DNA from: an uncultured cyanobacterium
GTDB taxonomy: Bacteria > Cyanobacteriota > Cyanobacteriia > Cyanobacteriales > Nostocaceae
Reading direction: 5' to 3'
Length of the DNA: 64,000 nt
NCBI GenBank assembly: GCA_963740315.1
Contig: CAVUDP010000002.1
Span: 3,360,001-3,424,000 of the forward strand
Shown: piece after piece, positions 52,785-62,324 of the stretch
Layout: each line of letters opens with the position of its first letter
How positions within the stretch are numbered: the stretch's first letter is position 1
The notes under the pieces: model-generated
The model's database searches: none
The model's input: the letters and a program-made list of their open reading frames with translations, nothing else
Told to the model about the DNA's origin: nothing
Position numbers and translations under genes: made by a program

Positions 52785-53549
52785 ATGAGTGCAACTAGCC
52801 ACCGTCGTATAGTTATTGGGGATGTGCATGGTCACTATCAAGGCTTGATGCAATTGTTAGAGGCGATCGCTCCGGTAAAAGAAGACAAAATTTATTTTCT
52901 CGGCGATTTAATAGACAGAGGTCCCCAAAGTTCTCAAGTAGTTAATTTTGTTAAAGAAAATTCCTATGCTTGCTTGTTGGGAAATCACGAGCATATGTTA
53001 ATCAAAATTCTTACAGATAAAAATCCTTCTACTCCCAGCCTACAAGGATGGCTTTACAGTGGCGGAAAAGCAACGCTAGCAAGCTATGAAGATGGTAGAA
53101 TACCCCCAGAACATCTTGAATGGTTCCAGAGTTTACCTTTATATCTAGATTTAGGAGACATCTTTTTAGTTCACGCAGGTATCGATCCTTCAAAAACCAT
53201 ACAAGAACAAGGTGCCGAACAATTTTGCTGGATTAGAGACGAATTTCACAGCATTCCTCAGCCTTATTTTTCAGATAAAGTGATTATCGTCGGTCATACC
53301 ATTACCTTTACCTTTCCTGGAATTCCAGCAGGTAAAATCGCTAGAGGTGCGGGTTGGCTTGATTTAGATACAGGTGCTTATCATCCCCATAGTGGTTGGT
53401 TGACAGCATTCGATGTCACAAATCGTCAAGTATATCAAGCCAACGTGTTTAAAAATAATGTCCGCACCTTACCTTTAGAAGAAGCATCGGCGAAAATAAA
53501 TATGACTTCACTCAAAGTTAATCGCAATAGCAGCAGATTATGGGCGTGA
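52785..53549 (+). CDS. PPP-family metallophosphoesterase (Ser/Thr phosphatase-like)
   Basis: GDVHG, GDLIDRG, GNHE, HAG, GHT, LDTG. Confidence 0.95.
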   Translation: MSATSHRRIVIGDVHGHYQGLMQLLEAIAPVKEDKIYFLGDLIDRGPQSSQVVNFVKENSYACLLGNHEHMLIKILTDKNPSTPSLQGWLYSGGKATLASYEDGRIPPEHLEWFQSLPLYLDLGDIFLVHAGIDPSKTIQEQGAEQFCWIRDEFHSIPQPYFSDKVIIVGHTITFTFPGIPAGKIARGAGWLDLDTGAYHPHSGWLTAFDVTNRQVYQANVFKNNVRTLPLEEASAKINMTSLKVNRNSSRLWA

Positions 53550-53654
53550 AGGTTAAAGGTTAAAGGTTAAAGGTTAAAGGTTAAAGGTTAAAGGTCAAAG
53601 GTTAAAAAAAACTCCTAACTCCTCACTCCTCACTCTTAACTCCTAACTCTTAAC
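53550..53654. repeat. STRR heptamer tracts (AGGTTAA)n and (AACTCCT)n between convergent genes
   Basis: Visible tandem units. Similar tracts occur at about 6635-6690, 9316-9385, 41243-41286, 49498-49546 and 55385-55428. Confidence 0.9.
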
Positions 53655-53656
53655 CA

Positions 53657-54514
53657 TCACAATAAAGGTCGGATATTTCTCCGGTATGCAGTTGTGCTTA
53701 AGCCGTCATTACCTTTGTTAGGTTGCGCGTTAACCCAAGTTTGAAGATATTGCACGCGATTACTGGGTGAAGGGTGGGTACTTAAAAACGTAGGAACTCC
53801 ACTCCTGCTTTTGTTTTCCAACTTCCTCATAAAAGAAACCATCGCTTGAGGAGCATAACCAGAATCTCTCAGCAATTTTAATCCAAGCTCGTCTGCCTCT
53901 TTTTCGGCTCCACGGCTGTTGGGACGACGATAACCTAGTTCTACACCAAGCTGAACTAACTTACTGTTTTCTACGCCTGCTGCTGTTGCCAAACCATTAG
54001 CGATCGCGCTTTTCTTCATCTGTTCGATTACATGATCGCCTTCAATATGACCCATTTCATGAGCAATCACACTTGCTAATTCTGCTTCATTGTCAGCAGC
54101 TTTAATCAGACCAGTATTAATATAAACATATCCACCAGTAGTAGCAAAAGCATTTATGCTGTCATCTTTAACTACCTGAAATGTGTAGGGGATGTTCTTT
54201 CGAGTATTGTTGGCTTCTAAGCGCTTACCAATTCTTTTCATGTAATTATTTACTTGAGAATTGCTATAAAGTTTTATATCGCTACTGAGCAATTGCTGAT
54301 TTATTTGTCTACCAAGCTGAATCTCTTGCTTGTCTGATATATTGGAAAGTTGAATTATTTGGGCACCTTGAAACAGTATGTCCCATATAGAAATTCCCTG
54401 AGCCGGTAATGGTGTAGTAAAGCACACGCTAAGAGCTACTACTACAGAAATTAACGGATAAAAGAATTGTTTTCGTAAGGAACGGAAATTTAAATAAAAG
54501 TTTGTCTTTTCCAT
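53657..54514 (-). CDS. M48 family metalloprotease
   Basis: INAFATTGG, AHEMGH, EKEAD, FLSTHP. Likely ATG at 54514. Confidence 0.92.
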   Translation of the reverse strand: MEKTNFYLNFRSLRKQFFYPLISVVVALSVCFTTPLPAQGISIWDILFQGAQIIQLSNISDKQEIQLGRQINQQLLSSDIKLYSNSQVNNYMKRIGKRLEANNTRKNIPYTFQVVKDDSINAFATTGGYVYINTGLIKAADNEAELASVIAHEMGHIEGDHVIEQMKKSAIANGLATAAGVENSKLVQLGVELGYRRPNSRGAEKEADELGLKLLRDSGYAPQAMVSFMRKLENKSRSGVPTFLSTHPSPSNRVQYLQTWVNAQPNKGNDGLSTTAYRRNIRPLL

Positions 54515-54849
54515 AATCGAATTCAAGGAGGATTTTAGAAGAACGTAAATTATGAGACGACTAATAGAAGAAGGAAGTTGCACATCTGGGTTGTTATCAA
54601 GTAATCTCACAATCGGTTATGCATCTCGCTTGACTAAATAGTAGATTTGCTGTTAAACATGGCAACTAATTACGGATTATTTCATCAAAGCTATGAAAAG
54701 CAGTATTAGCAATAAACCGTCCTATAACTAGATGAAGGAAATATAGTGCTATTTCATGCTTCATCTCACATATGATTAACTTCTACTTCAGTACTTCCGT
54801 TTTCTGTGTTATCAATCCTCTATTCTTCTATAAATAGGAAAAATTTGTT

Positions 54850-55392
54850 ATGGCTGTATTAGACTCCAAAGGTCGCTTATTTGGTAAATTCAATATTCTA
54901 GATATCGGTGCTTTACTAGTAATTTTGCTAGTAATCGGAGGTATATTTTTATTTCCCGGCACTACTGGTTCTATTGCTCAAGTAAATACCACAACGAAAC
55001 CCATCGAAGTTGATTTGGTTGTTCGCGGATTAAAAGTACGCGATATAGATAGATTATCCGAAAAAGGATTTAGAGAAAAAGGTGAAACAAAAATCATCAT
55101 CCGCAATCAACCCTACGGTACAATTCCGATTAAATCGATTCAAGTACTACCTGAAGAAATTATCGTTACACAACCCGATGGTACCGTTAAATTAGTCCCA
55201 GATCCTAGAGAAAATGTCTTTAGTAGAGATATGCTTTTGACTTTAGCAGGTAAAGCAACAATTACTGATGACGGACCTGTTTTAGGTAACAGCAAAATAA
55301 AAATTGGGATGCCGTTGGAATTAGAAGGATTTAATTACAACTTTAGAGGCAGCGTGATCGATATCAGAACTGGAGAAGATATTAAAGGTTAA
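54850..55392 (+). CDS. DUF4330 family protein
   Basis: LDSKGRLFGKFNILD N-terminus followed by a TM helix. Confidence 0.85.
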   Translation: MAVLDSKGRLFGKFNILDIGALLVILLVIGGIFLFPGTTGSIAQVNTTTKPIEVDLVVRGLKVRDIDRLSEKGFREKGETKIIIRNQPYGTIPIKSIQVLPEEIIVTQPDGTVKLVPDPRENVFSRDMLLTLAGKATITDDGPVLGNSKIKIGMPLELEGFNYNFRGSVIDIRTGEDIKG

Positions 55393-55567
55393 AGAAAGGT
55401 CAAAGGTTAAAGGTTAAAGGTTAAAGGTAAATATTAGATACTTCAGTTTTAATCTTTCCTTTACTTATGCAAATTTAATTAAGGTTTTAGTTTGAGTTTG
55501 TAATAGTCCCCCGTTTGTAGCGAGGGGATTATTTTTTTAGGTTTTTATGGTGGATATTCTTTATTCA

Positions 55568-55690
55568 CTAATTTCGAGCTTGTAATTGGGTTTGTAATTG
55601 CTGCACTCTTTCTACCGTTAACCCGGTAATTTTTACAACCATTTCTACTGTTAAACCCTCACGCAATGAATTAAGCGCTACTTCATAAAG
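55568..55690 (-). pseudogene. C-terminal remnant of an Rpn/PD-(D/E)XK-family protein
   Basis: YEVALNSLREGLTVEMVVKITGLTVERVQQL matches Rpn C-terminal tails. No nuclease domain upstream. Confidence 0.6.
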
Positions 55691-55764
55691 ATGCTTGTTG
55701 GGCACCTTTTCGTTCCCAGCTGGTAGTGATTTCCATATATTCCTCCCTTTGGTGTTATACAAAT

Positions 55765-56859
55765 ATGAACCCATCTCAATTTAATCGCATCAAGAAGCAA
55801 ATATGGCAACCAAACTTAATAGTGCTACCTATCCCCGAACGGCAATCTTCTATCAAACATTGTGTAGATATAGGAGTCTCTTTTGATAACAATTATTGGG
55901 TTTCCCGTAACTTAAACCTCGATCGCACCTTGTTTCCAGAACTAACAGCATCAAATGGGTTACAACCACTTTTAGCTATAAATAAACCAAGTACTCACGT
56001 TAAAACTAACTGGTTTGCTAAAAACTATTCAAAAATTACTCGCTTTTTTGGCGCGGAAGATGATGATTTAGTTCCAGCTAGAGACGCTATAGGCATTTCT
56101 ATAACCGCGAAAATATTTTGGGAAAACAATATACTCAAATTAGATTTTTATCTTTATGCATTATATTCTAATCCCAAACCTTATTGTTCAATTCAGAATC
56201 TTACCGCAGGAAAATATCGGCTTCGATTTAATTATTTACCTGCTGCAAAAATCTTTAATTTTAATCGAAAATCCCGTCCGATAAAAACTACCTATCAAAA
56301 CTTTTATTTAGTTAAACCCGTTGAAACAAATCCTAATGCAGTAGAAATAGATGGAATTCAGTTTGAAATTGTAGCGCCAGAATCTGTAATCATCCCAGAG
56401 AAGGAACTTGATATAGAAACTGCGGTTGCTGTCGGTATGAAAATTACTAATAAGACTCAAACAGCTTTCCGCTTTGACTTTTATAGCACTTTAACTCCTC
56501 AAATGATTAAAGCAGATGGTCAAGCAATACGTAAAGGATTTGGCTCGCATCAACTTCGAGCAGGTACAGAATCCGACTATCCCTTAGCCATGCCGGGGGA
56601 ATCCATAACTTTCTCTCCGAATCCAAAACTTTTTTGGTTTAAAGATCGACAATTAACTCTAAAAATGGATATTGGATGTGGAGGTTTTTATTATTTTCAC
56701 GATCTGCAACCGGGTGAATATCTGATTCGCTTTGTATACAGTAAACGCAATCGTTTTCTAAAAATGCGCGATCGCAAATCGAACTACATAAAACCATTGC
56801 AATGGCTCGAACGAACTATTGTTGCGACACCATATGTAAAGCTCTATTTGTCTTGCTAA
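55765..56859 (+). CDS. Hypothetical protein with two similar beta-sandwich-like halves
   Basis: LTAGKYRLRFNY and LQPGEYLIRFVY repeats. Likely ATG at 55765. Confidence 0.65.
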   Translation: MNPSQFNRIKKQIWQPNLIVLPIPERQSSIKHCVDIGVSFDNNYWVSRNLNLDRTLFPELTASNGLQPLLAINKPSTHVKTNWFAKNYSKITRFFGAEDDDLVPARDAIGISITAKIFWENNILKLDFYLYALYSNPKPYCSIQNLTAGKYRLRFNYLPAAKIFNFNRKSRPIKTTYQNFYLVKPVETNPNAVEIDGIQFEIVAPESVIIPEKELDIETAVAVGMKITNKTQTAFRFDFYSTLTPQMIKADGQAIRKGFGSHQLRAGTESDYPLAMPGESITFSPNPKLFWFKDRQLTLKMDIGCGGFYYFHDLQPGEYLIRFVYSKRNRFLKMRDRKSNYIKPLQWLERTIVATPYVKLYLSC

Positions 56860-56887
56860 AAGATACAATTGTGTTAAAACATTTACC

Positions 56888-58768
56888 ATGAATTTTATCA
56901 AAACTATTACCTGCTGCCTGCTTCTTCTTTCTCTAGGTTGCGATCGCGCTCCTGCCAAAAACGAATCAAGGCTGCAATTACAAACCAAACCTTCTCAAAA
57001 ACCTTTACAAAAAGTATCAACATCAAACGAATGGACACCGCAAATGGAAGCGGAATTTAAACAGCGAGCAAAACAAGTAATTACAAAGCTCGCGGGTAAT
57101 AAATATGGAACCACTGCTTTTGAAAGCGAAAAACGTTCTTATCCTAAAGCAATGATTGATTTTCTAGCAGGAAATCGCGAAAGTTCTATTGCTTTTCTTG
57201 AAGCTGAGGATGCAGACGCTAAAAGTCATTCCCACACTTTAGGAATTGATTTCTATTCCAGTTTTACTCTGAAAGGACAAGTTCGTAAATATTTCTACTT
57301 TGGTAAATATCTCTCGCCAGCATATCGGCAGCGAATGAAACAAGCGATGCAACTTCTCACAGCAGAAGATCCGTTAAAGCGTCGTTTTCCCAACCGTAGG
57401 CAATTTTGGGCGAAGTCAACCGATAATTGCGATAGTTGGGTGGATTGTCGCAACACCGATAATTTAAAAGCAATGCGGAATAGTGCTGTATATTTGTTCG
57501 CCGAAGAAACGGGAAACGAAGCAACGCGACAAATTTACAAGCAACGCATCCAGCGAAATATCAGCACTTTGTATCAAATCGGACAAGGTGAATGGGATTC
57601 GGAAAACTACCTCGGACATACCATTACCGCCTATCTAAATCTTTATGACTTTGCTAAAGATGAAGAAGTAAAATCCCTTGCCAAAGCTGGATTAGATTGG
57701 CTTTTGGCTTCCGGCGCGTTGAAATATTGGCGGGGTGGATTCGGCGGTCCAAGTAAGCGCGACTACAGTAACGGTAATTGCGTTTGGTGTGCGTTGGCAA
57801 CTCATGAATTGGGACTGTATTTTAATGATTCACCGATTGAAGACCCCAAACCTGCCCCTGATTCAGTCCATGTAATTACCAGCAGCTATCGTCCCGATCC
57901 GGCGATCGTCGCTTTGGCAAAAAAGCAGTTTAATAAACCAGTAGAATTGCTGAACTCAAAACCAACTTATGAAAATTGGAAACCAGGTAATGATACTGCA
58001 CCGCAATTTCATGAAACCTTGTATTTCGGTAATAGTTTCCAATTAGGTACTTTAGCTCAAGGTTCTGATGGTGACTGGAATGGTTTCAAGTTGATGGCGT
58101 TTAGTTCTCAACGCGGTGTTGATTATTTTATTGCAGCGACGGGTACTGAATCTAATAAAATTTCTACATCAACTGTAGGTGGTGACAACATCGCACAATA
58201 CCGCAACTTGGTAATCTTCCTTAACGATAAACAAGAAGTACCTTTTCAATTCTTTTTACCAAATACTGCCAAGATAGAAACTAAAAATAACGTTACTTTC
58301 ATTCGCTACGAAAAAACATGGTTGGCTTTAACACCGATAAATTTGAATATTGAGGGAATTAACGCTGCAAAAACTGACAAAATTAGTAAAAACTATCCCC
58401 AAGACCAAATTTTAACTGCAACTGGTACGGGAAATAGTTACAGTGGATTCGCTTTAGAAACGGGTGAAAAGCAAACTCACGGTAATTTTGTGCAGTTTAA
58501 AAAGTCGATACTTGCTAATTCTCGTTTAGATATAAATCAAATTAACAATGGTGTAGTTGAATATCAAGGTGTTATGGGAAAAGTGAAATTGCAACACCAA
58601 TCTTTATTACCCAAGGTTTGGCGAAATGGTAATTTACACGATTGGAAAAATCACTTCGCCATTTACCAAAACGCCGCAGCAGAAAAAACGCCTATCTATC
58701 AAGGTTGGAAAACAGGCGAAATTCAAATAGAAGCAGGCGGTTATAGATTTACTAGCAAGCTTAAATAA
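56888..58768 (+). CDS. Hypothetical lipoprotein, possibly polysaccharide lyase-like
   Basis: Lipobox LSLGC. Helical N-half with GEWDSENYLGH and a beta-rich C-half. Confidence 0.65.
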   Translation: MNFIKTITCCLLLLSLGCDRAPAKNESRLQLQTKPSQKPLQKVSTSNEWTPQMEAEFKQRAKQVITKLAGNKYGTTAFESEKRSYPKAMIDFLAGNRESSIAFLEAEDADAKSHSHTLGIDFYSSFTLKGQVRKYFYFGKYLSPAYRQRMKQAMQLLTAEDPLKRRFPNRRQFWAKSTDNCDSWVDCRNTDNLKAMRNSAVYLFAEETGNEATRQIYKQRIQRNISTLYQIGQGEWDSENYLGHTITAYLNLYDFAKDEEVKSLAKAGLDWLLASGALKYWRGGFGGPSKRDYSNGNCVWCALATHELGLYFNDSPIEDPKPAPDSVHVITSSYRPDPAIVALAKKQFNKPVELLNSKPTYENWKPGNDTAPQFHETLYFGNSFQLGTLAQGSDGDWNGFKLMAFSSQRGVDYFIAATGTESNKISTSTVGGDNIAQYRNLVIFLNDKQEVPFQFFLPNTAKIETKNNVTFIRYEKTWLALTPINLNIEGINAAKTDKISKNYPQDQILTATGTGNSYSGFALETGEKQTHGNFVQFKKSILANSRLDINQINNGVVEYQGVMGKVKLQHQSLLPKVWRNGNLHDWKNHFAIYQNAAAEKTPIYQGWKTGEIQIEAGGYRFTSKLK

Positions 58769-59352
58769 AGGTATAAATTTACCGGGCAAAAACTATAAAT
58801 TTGGATTTGTATTTATTTGCTATTTCTCTAACTTAAGATGGTAGCAATAAGTTTAATTACTTTGGTTTTTGTGGATAAAAAATACATTGTTTTTTATTGC
58901 ACAATGTCATCTAATTTATATCTGAGCGAATCAATTGTTTTTCTGAGTACAAAGACTAATTATTATAGCGAAATTTAACTGCATCCTAACCAAAAAATGT
59001 TGATGTTTAATATTTTCGTATGTTAACTTGTAAGTGTGAACTAGTTATCAAAAGGTAGCATTTACGACGAAATAAAAAGGGTGTTAATAGAGATGCATGA
59101 AATTGATAAAGCACCAAGTATATCTTACTAGTTATTAATCCTTGCACCCTTAAATAGCACAGAATAATCATAGGGTTTGGTTACACAAAAGTCAACACAA
59201 TTATTGTTCCTTATTTACTCAAAATAATTATTCTGTTCAAGGTCAAGGTAATAGAAACCTCAAGGCTTTGACTAAATACTAAGTCCAAGACTGCTGCGAG
59301 ATCATCGAATGCGAGCTAATTTACGCTTACACCTAACTACGAGATTTTCTCA

Positions 59353-59775
59353 ATGCTGCCATTTGAATTTGTAGTAATTGGTAAACCAGTTTCTCACCAA
59401 GCAAAAGAACGCAAGCGCGTGAATATTTGGAAACAAAAAGTTCGTGAAACTGCCGAATCTTATTGGAAACAAAATACTCCTTTAGGAGATTATGTCCAAG
59501 TTATTATTACGCATTATTATGATGCAGATCCTACTGGCGATGAATCATCCGTTCCAGATAACGATAATATAGTAAAGCCGATCAGGGATGCTTTAAACGG
59601 TTTGATTTATGTTGATGACTATCAGATTACTGATTTCATCAGCCGTCGTCGCAATCTAAATGGTTCTTTCAGAATTAAAGGTATTTCTCCAGCTTTAGCG
59701 GAAGGATTTTCCAAAGGTGAAGAATTTTTGCACATTAAAGTTGAAGCTGCACCAGATCCCGGAGATTTATCTTAA
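59353..59775 (+). CDS. RusA-family endodeoxyribonuclease-like protein
   Basis: FVVIGKPVS and PDNDNIVKPIRDALNGLIYVDDYQI. Confidence 0.85.
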   Translation: MLPFEFVVIGKPVSHQAKERKRVNIWKQKVRETAESYWKQNTPLGDYVQVIITHYYDADPTGDESSVPDNDNIVKPIRDALNGLIYVDDYQITDFISRRRNLNGSFRIKGISPALAEGFSKGEEFLHIKVEAAPDPGDLS

Positions 59776-59822
59776 TAGAAGTAATCTACGATCGCACCTA
59801 CCTGATGTGAGTATATATAACT

Positions 59823-60072
59823 GTCAGCAACTCAGGTCTAAAGAGACTGAGCTTCAGGCATAGTCCTGAAACTCTTAGCTGACCAGACTTAGGTTTCTAC
59901 GTTTAAAATAAGTGAAGACCGTTCATACCTTAGAATGCGTGCTAGTTCTAAGCTCTATAACTGGAAAATTAAACAGGTGTAACGCCAGTTTTGCCAGTGT
60001 TTTTCAGATATGCCGATTTTAAACATTGTCGTTCGCGCAGCGTGTCCTCTTAGGACAAGCATACATCACCAT
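59823..60072 (+). ncRNA. omegaRNA (HEARO) scaffold of IscB, overlapping the IS200/IS605 element end
   Basis: Begins GTCAGC, which pairs with GCTGAC at 59878-59883. End hairpin CTCAGGTCTAAAGAGACTGAG, then TTAGAA..TTCTAA, TTAAACAG and AACATTGTCG..AAGCATACATCACC directly before iscB. Confidence 0.85.
60032..60056 (+). mobile_element. 25-nt small dispersed repeat inserted in the omegaRNA
   Basis: TTCGCGCAGCGTGTCCTCTTAGGAC. Its reverse complement matches 35933-35955 at 22 of 23 positions. Confidence 0.75.
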
Positions 60073-60085
60073 TGAGGCATTAAAA

Positions 60086-61360
60086 ATGCAAAACTACGTT
60101 TTTCTTATTGATACAAACAAACAACCGCTTAACCCGATTAAGCCTAAACAAGCTAGAAGATTATTGAATTTAGGTAAAGCTGCTGTATGGCGAATGTATC
60201 CTTTTACATTAATTCTAAAAACAGTAATTGATAACCCAATAATCAAACCATTAACTCTTAAAATCGATCCCGGTTCTAAGTTTACAGGCATTGCATTGCT
60301 TGACGGTAATAACGTTGTTTGGGGTGCAGAATTAGATCATCGTGGTAGTCAGATAAAAGATGCGTTATTATCACGTAGACAGTTAAGACGCGGAAGACGT
60401 ACCCGTAAAACACGTTACAGAGTTGCAAGATTTGATAATAGAAAACGCCCTAAAGGTTGGCTAGCACTAAGTTTATTACATCGTGTTTTAACTACAGAAA
60501 CATGGGTTAAAAAGCTAATACGTTATTCACCAATTACCGAATTATGGGTTGAAAAAGTCAGATTTGATATGCAGAAAATGCAAAATCCCGAAGTAACGGG
60601 TGTTGAATATACTCTTGGGGAATTGCAAGGTTACGAAGTACGCGAATACTTACTTGAAAAATGGGGTAGAGAATGTTCATACTGTGGTAAAAAAGATGTA
60701 CCGTTACAGATTGAACATATTAAACCATTATCTAAAGGGGGTAGTAATAGCGTAAGTAATTTATGTTTAGCGTGCGAAAAGTGCAATCAAAAAAAAGGTA
60801 ATAAACCTGTAGAAGACTTTTTAAAAGGTAAACCTGCGTTATTAAAGAAAATTAAAGCAAAATGTAAGCAATCATTACGTGACGCGGCTGCCGTAAATTC
60901 CACTAGAAATAAGTTAGTAGTTGTTTTAGAAAAGTTATTGCCAGTTAAAACAGCTAGCGGTGGTCAAACAAAATTTAATAGAGTTAGGTTTGAGTTACCC
61001 AAAAAACATTGGATTGACGCGGCTTGTGTTGGTGACATAGATAGTATTGTTTTAAAAACTAATCAACCATTATTAATAAAGTGTAATGGTTGGGGAACTC
61101 GTCAAATGTGCAGAACCGACAAATACGGTTTTCCTAATCGATATGTTCCTAGAAATAAGTTTGTAAGAGGTTTTCAAACTGGTGATATTGTAAAAGCCGT
61201 TGTCACTACAGGTAAAAAAATTGGCGAATATTTAGGAAGAATAGCAACCCGCTCAACGGGGTCATTCAACATATCAACTCGTGAAAAACTTATACAGGGT
61301 ATTTCATATAAACACTGTAAAGTTATTCACAAAAAAGACGGATACTCTTACTCGTTCTAA
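60086..61360 (+). CDS. iscB: RNA-guided endonuclease IscB (PLMP/RRXRR, split RuvC, HNH)
   Basis: QPLNP..ARRLL, RuvC-I KIDPGSK, Arg-rich bridge helix, RuvC-II VEKVRFD, HNH CSYC...EHIKPLSKGG...CEKCN, RuvC-III HWIDAACVG. True start is the ATG at 60086. Confidence 0.95.
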   Translation: MQNYVFLIDTNKQPLNPIKPKQARRLLNLGKAAVWRMYPFTLILKTVIDNPIIKPLTLKIDPGSKFTGIALLDGNNVVWGAELDHRGSQIKDALLSRRQLRRGRRTRKTRYRVARFDNRKRPKGWLALSLLHRVLTTETWVKKLIRYSPITELWVEKVRFDMQKMQNPEVTGVEYTLGELQGYEVREYLLEKWGRECSYCGKKDVPLQIEHIKPLSKGGSNSVSNLCLACEKCNQKKGNKPVEDFLKGKPALLKKIKAKCKQSLRDAAAVNSTRNKLVVVLEKLLPVKTASGGQTKFNRVRFELPKKHWIDAACVGDIDSIVLKTNQPLLIKCNGWGTRQMCRTDKYGFPNRYVPRNKFVRGFQTGDIVKAVVTTGKKIGEYLGRIATRSTGSFNISTREKLIQGISYKHCKVIHKKDGYSYSF

Positions 61361-61671
61361 TTTTAAACAAATACCACGGTGCTTTATTACCACACGCGGC
61401 GTTTTTATTCTCAGCTTTAAAAAGACGCTCGTTTCCAAACTACCGATATTTTCTTATGAATTAACTACTATAATGCGCTTATTAAATTTTAGAAGAAGCG
61501 CTTCTTTTAGTCTTTTCAAGCTAAAAAAACTACTGTTAAGTTTTGGTTAATTAATGATAGTTATTATCAATATTGCAACGCATTTAACAGTACCATTCTT
61601 AAATGTTTGCTCTATAATAAGTGAAGTGATTGATACTTCAACTTCACCGGAGCAACTCTGTGTAATTAGAT

Positions 61672-61983
61672 ATGAGCTATCAGGACAATCAAAATCCCTT
61701 GGAATATCGGCGACTTTTAAAACTTGCTAGAGAATACCGCCAGCAAGGTTATTCAGTTACTATCAATCCGTCTCCCGAAAAACTACCTACGGTACTTGCA
61801 GATTGTTCGCTTGACTTGATAGCCGTAAATGAGAAAAAGGTTGTTGCTGCCAAAGTTAGAACGCGACAAAACCTCAATTCAAACGGTTCTGAAGATTTAT
61901 GTCGCATTAGTAAATCAGTACAGCAGCTTCCTGGCTGGGAGTTTGAACTTGTAGTTACAAATTCGCGTAAAAAAGCTGGTTAG
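61672..61983 (+). CDS. Small REase/AHJR-like domain protein, probably inactive
   Basis: LAREYRQQGYSV...DLIA...VVAAKVRT, with no acidic residue at the E-x-K position. Confidence 0.6.
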   Translation: MSYQDNQNPLEYRRLLKLAREYRQQGYSVTINPSPEKLPTVLADCSLDLIAVNEKKVVAAKVRTRQNLNSNGSEDLCRISKSVQQLPGWEFELVVTNSRKKAG

Positions 61984-62324
61984 TATTAAAAAGCAGCTAA
62001 CCATGTGATTTTCTACTTTTAGTTATTCTTGCCAAGCTTGATTGGTAGCTTTTAGCGAAATTCAAAATTTCTGTATATAAGTAATTTTGAATAATCTTTT
62101 TATTTGTGCTTCTACTTATTTGTAATTTTTGGGTTATTTATCGGGAGCTTCCCATGTGTATAACTTTATAAGTCATCAGTCACGATCGATGTGGTTGATG
62201 ACTTATTACTATTTATCTTTTAACTAATGTAGGGATTAGGAAATAGGGATTAGGAAATAGGGAGTAGAAAAAAAGTATTTTTCCATTTGTCAGGAGTTAT
62301 ATTTAATAATTTGGTAAAAATTTG

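Noticed and set aside
60026..60085. N-terminal extension of IscB
   Set aside because: It lies within the omegaRNA and the SDR insert. The PLMP domain begins at the ATG at 60086.
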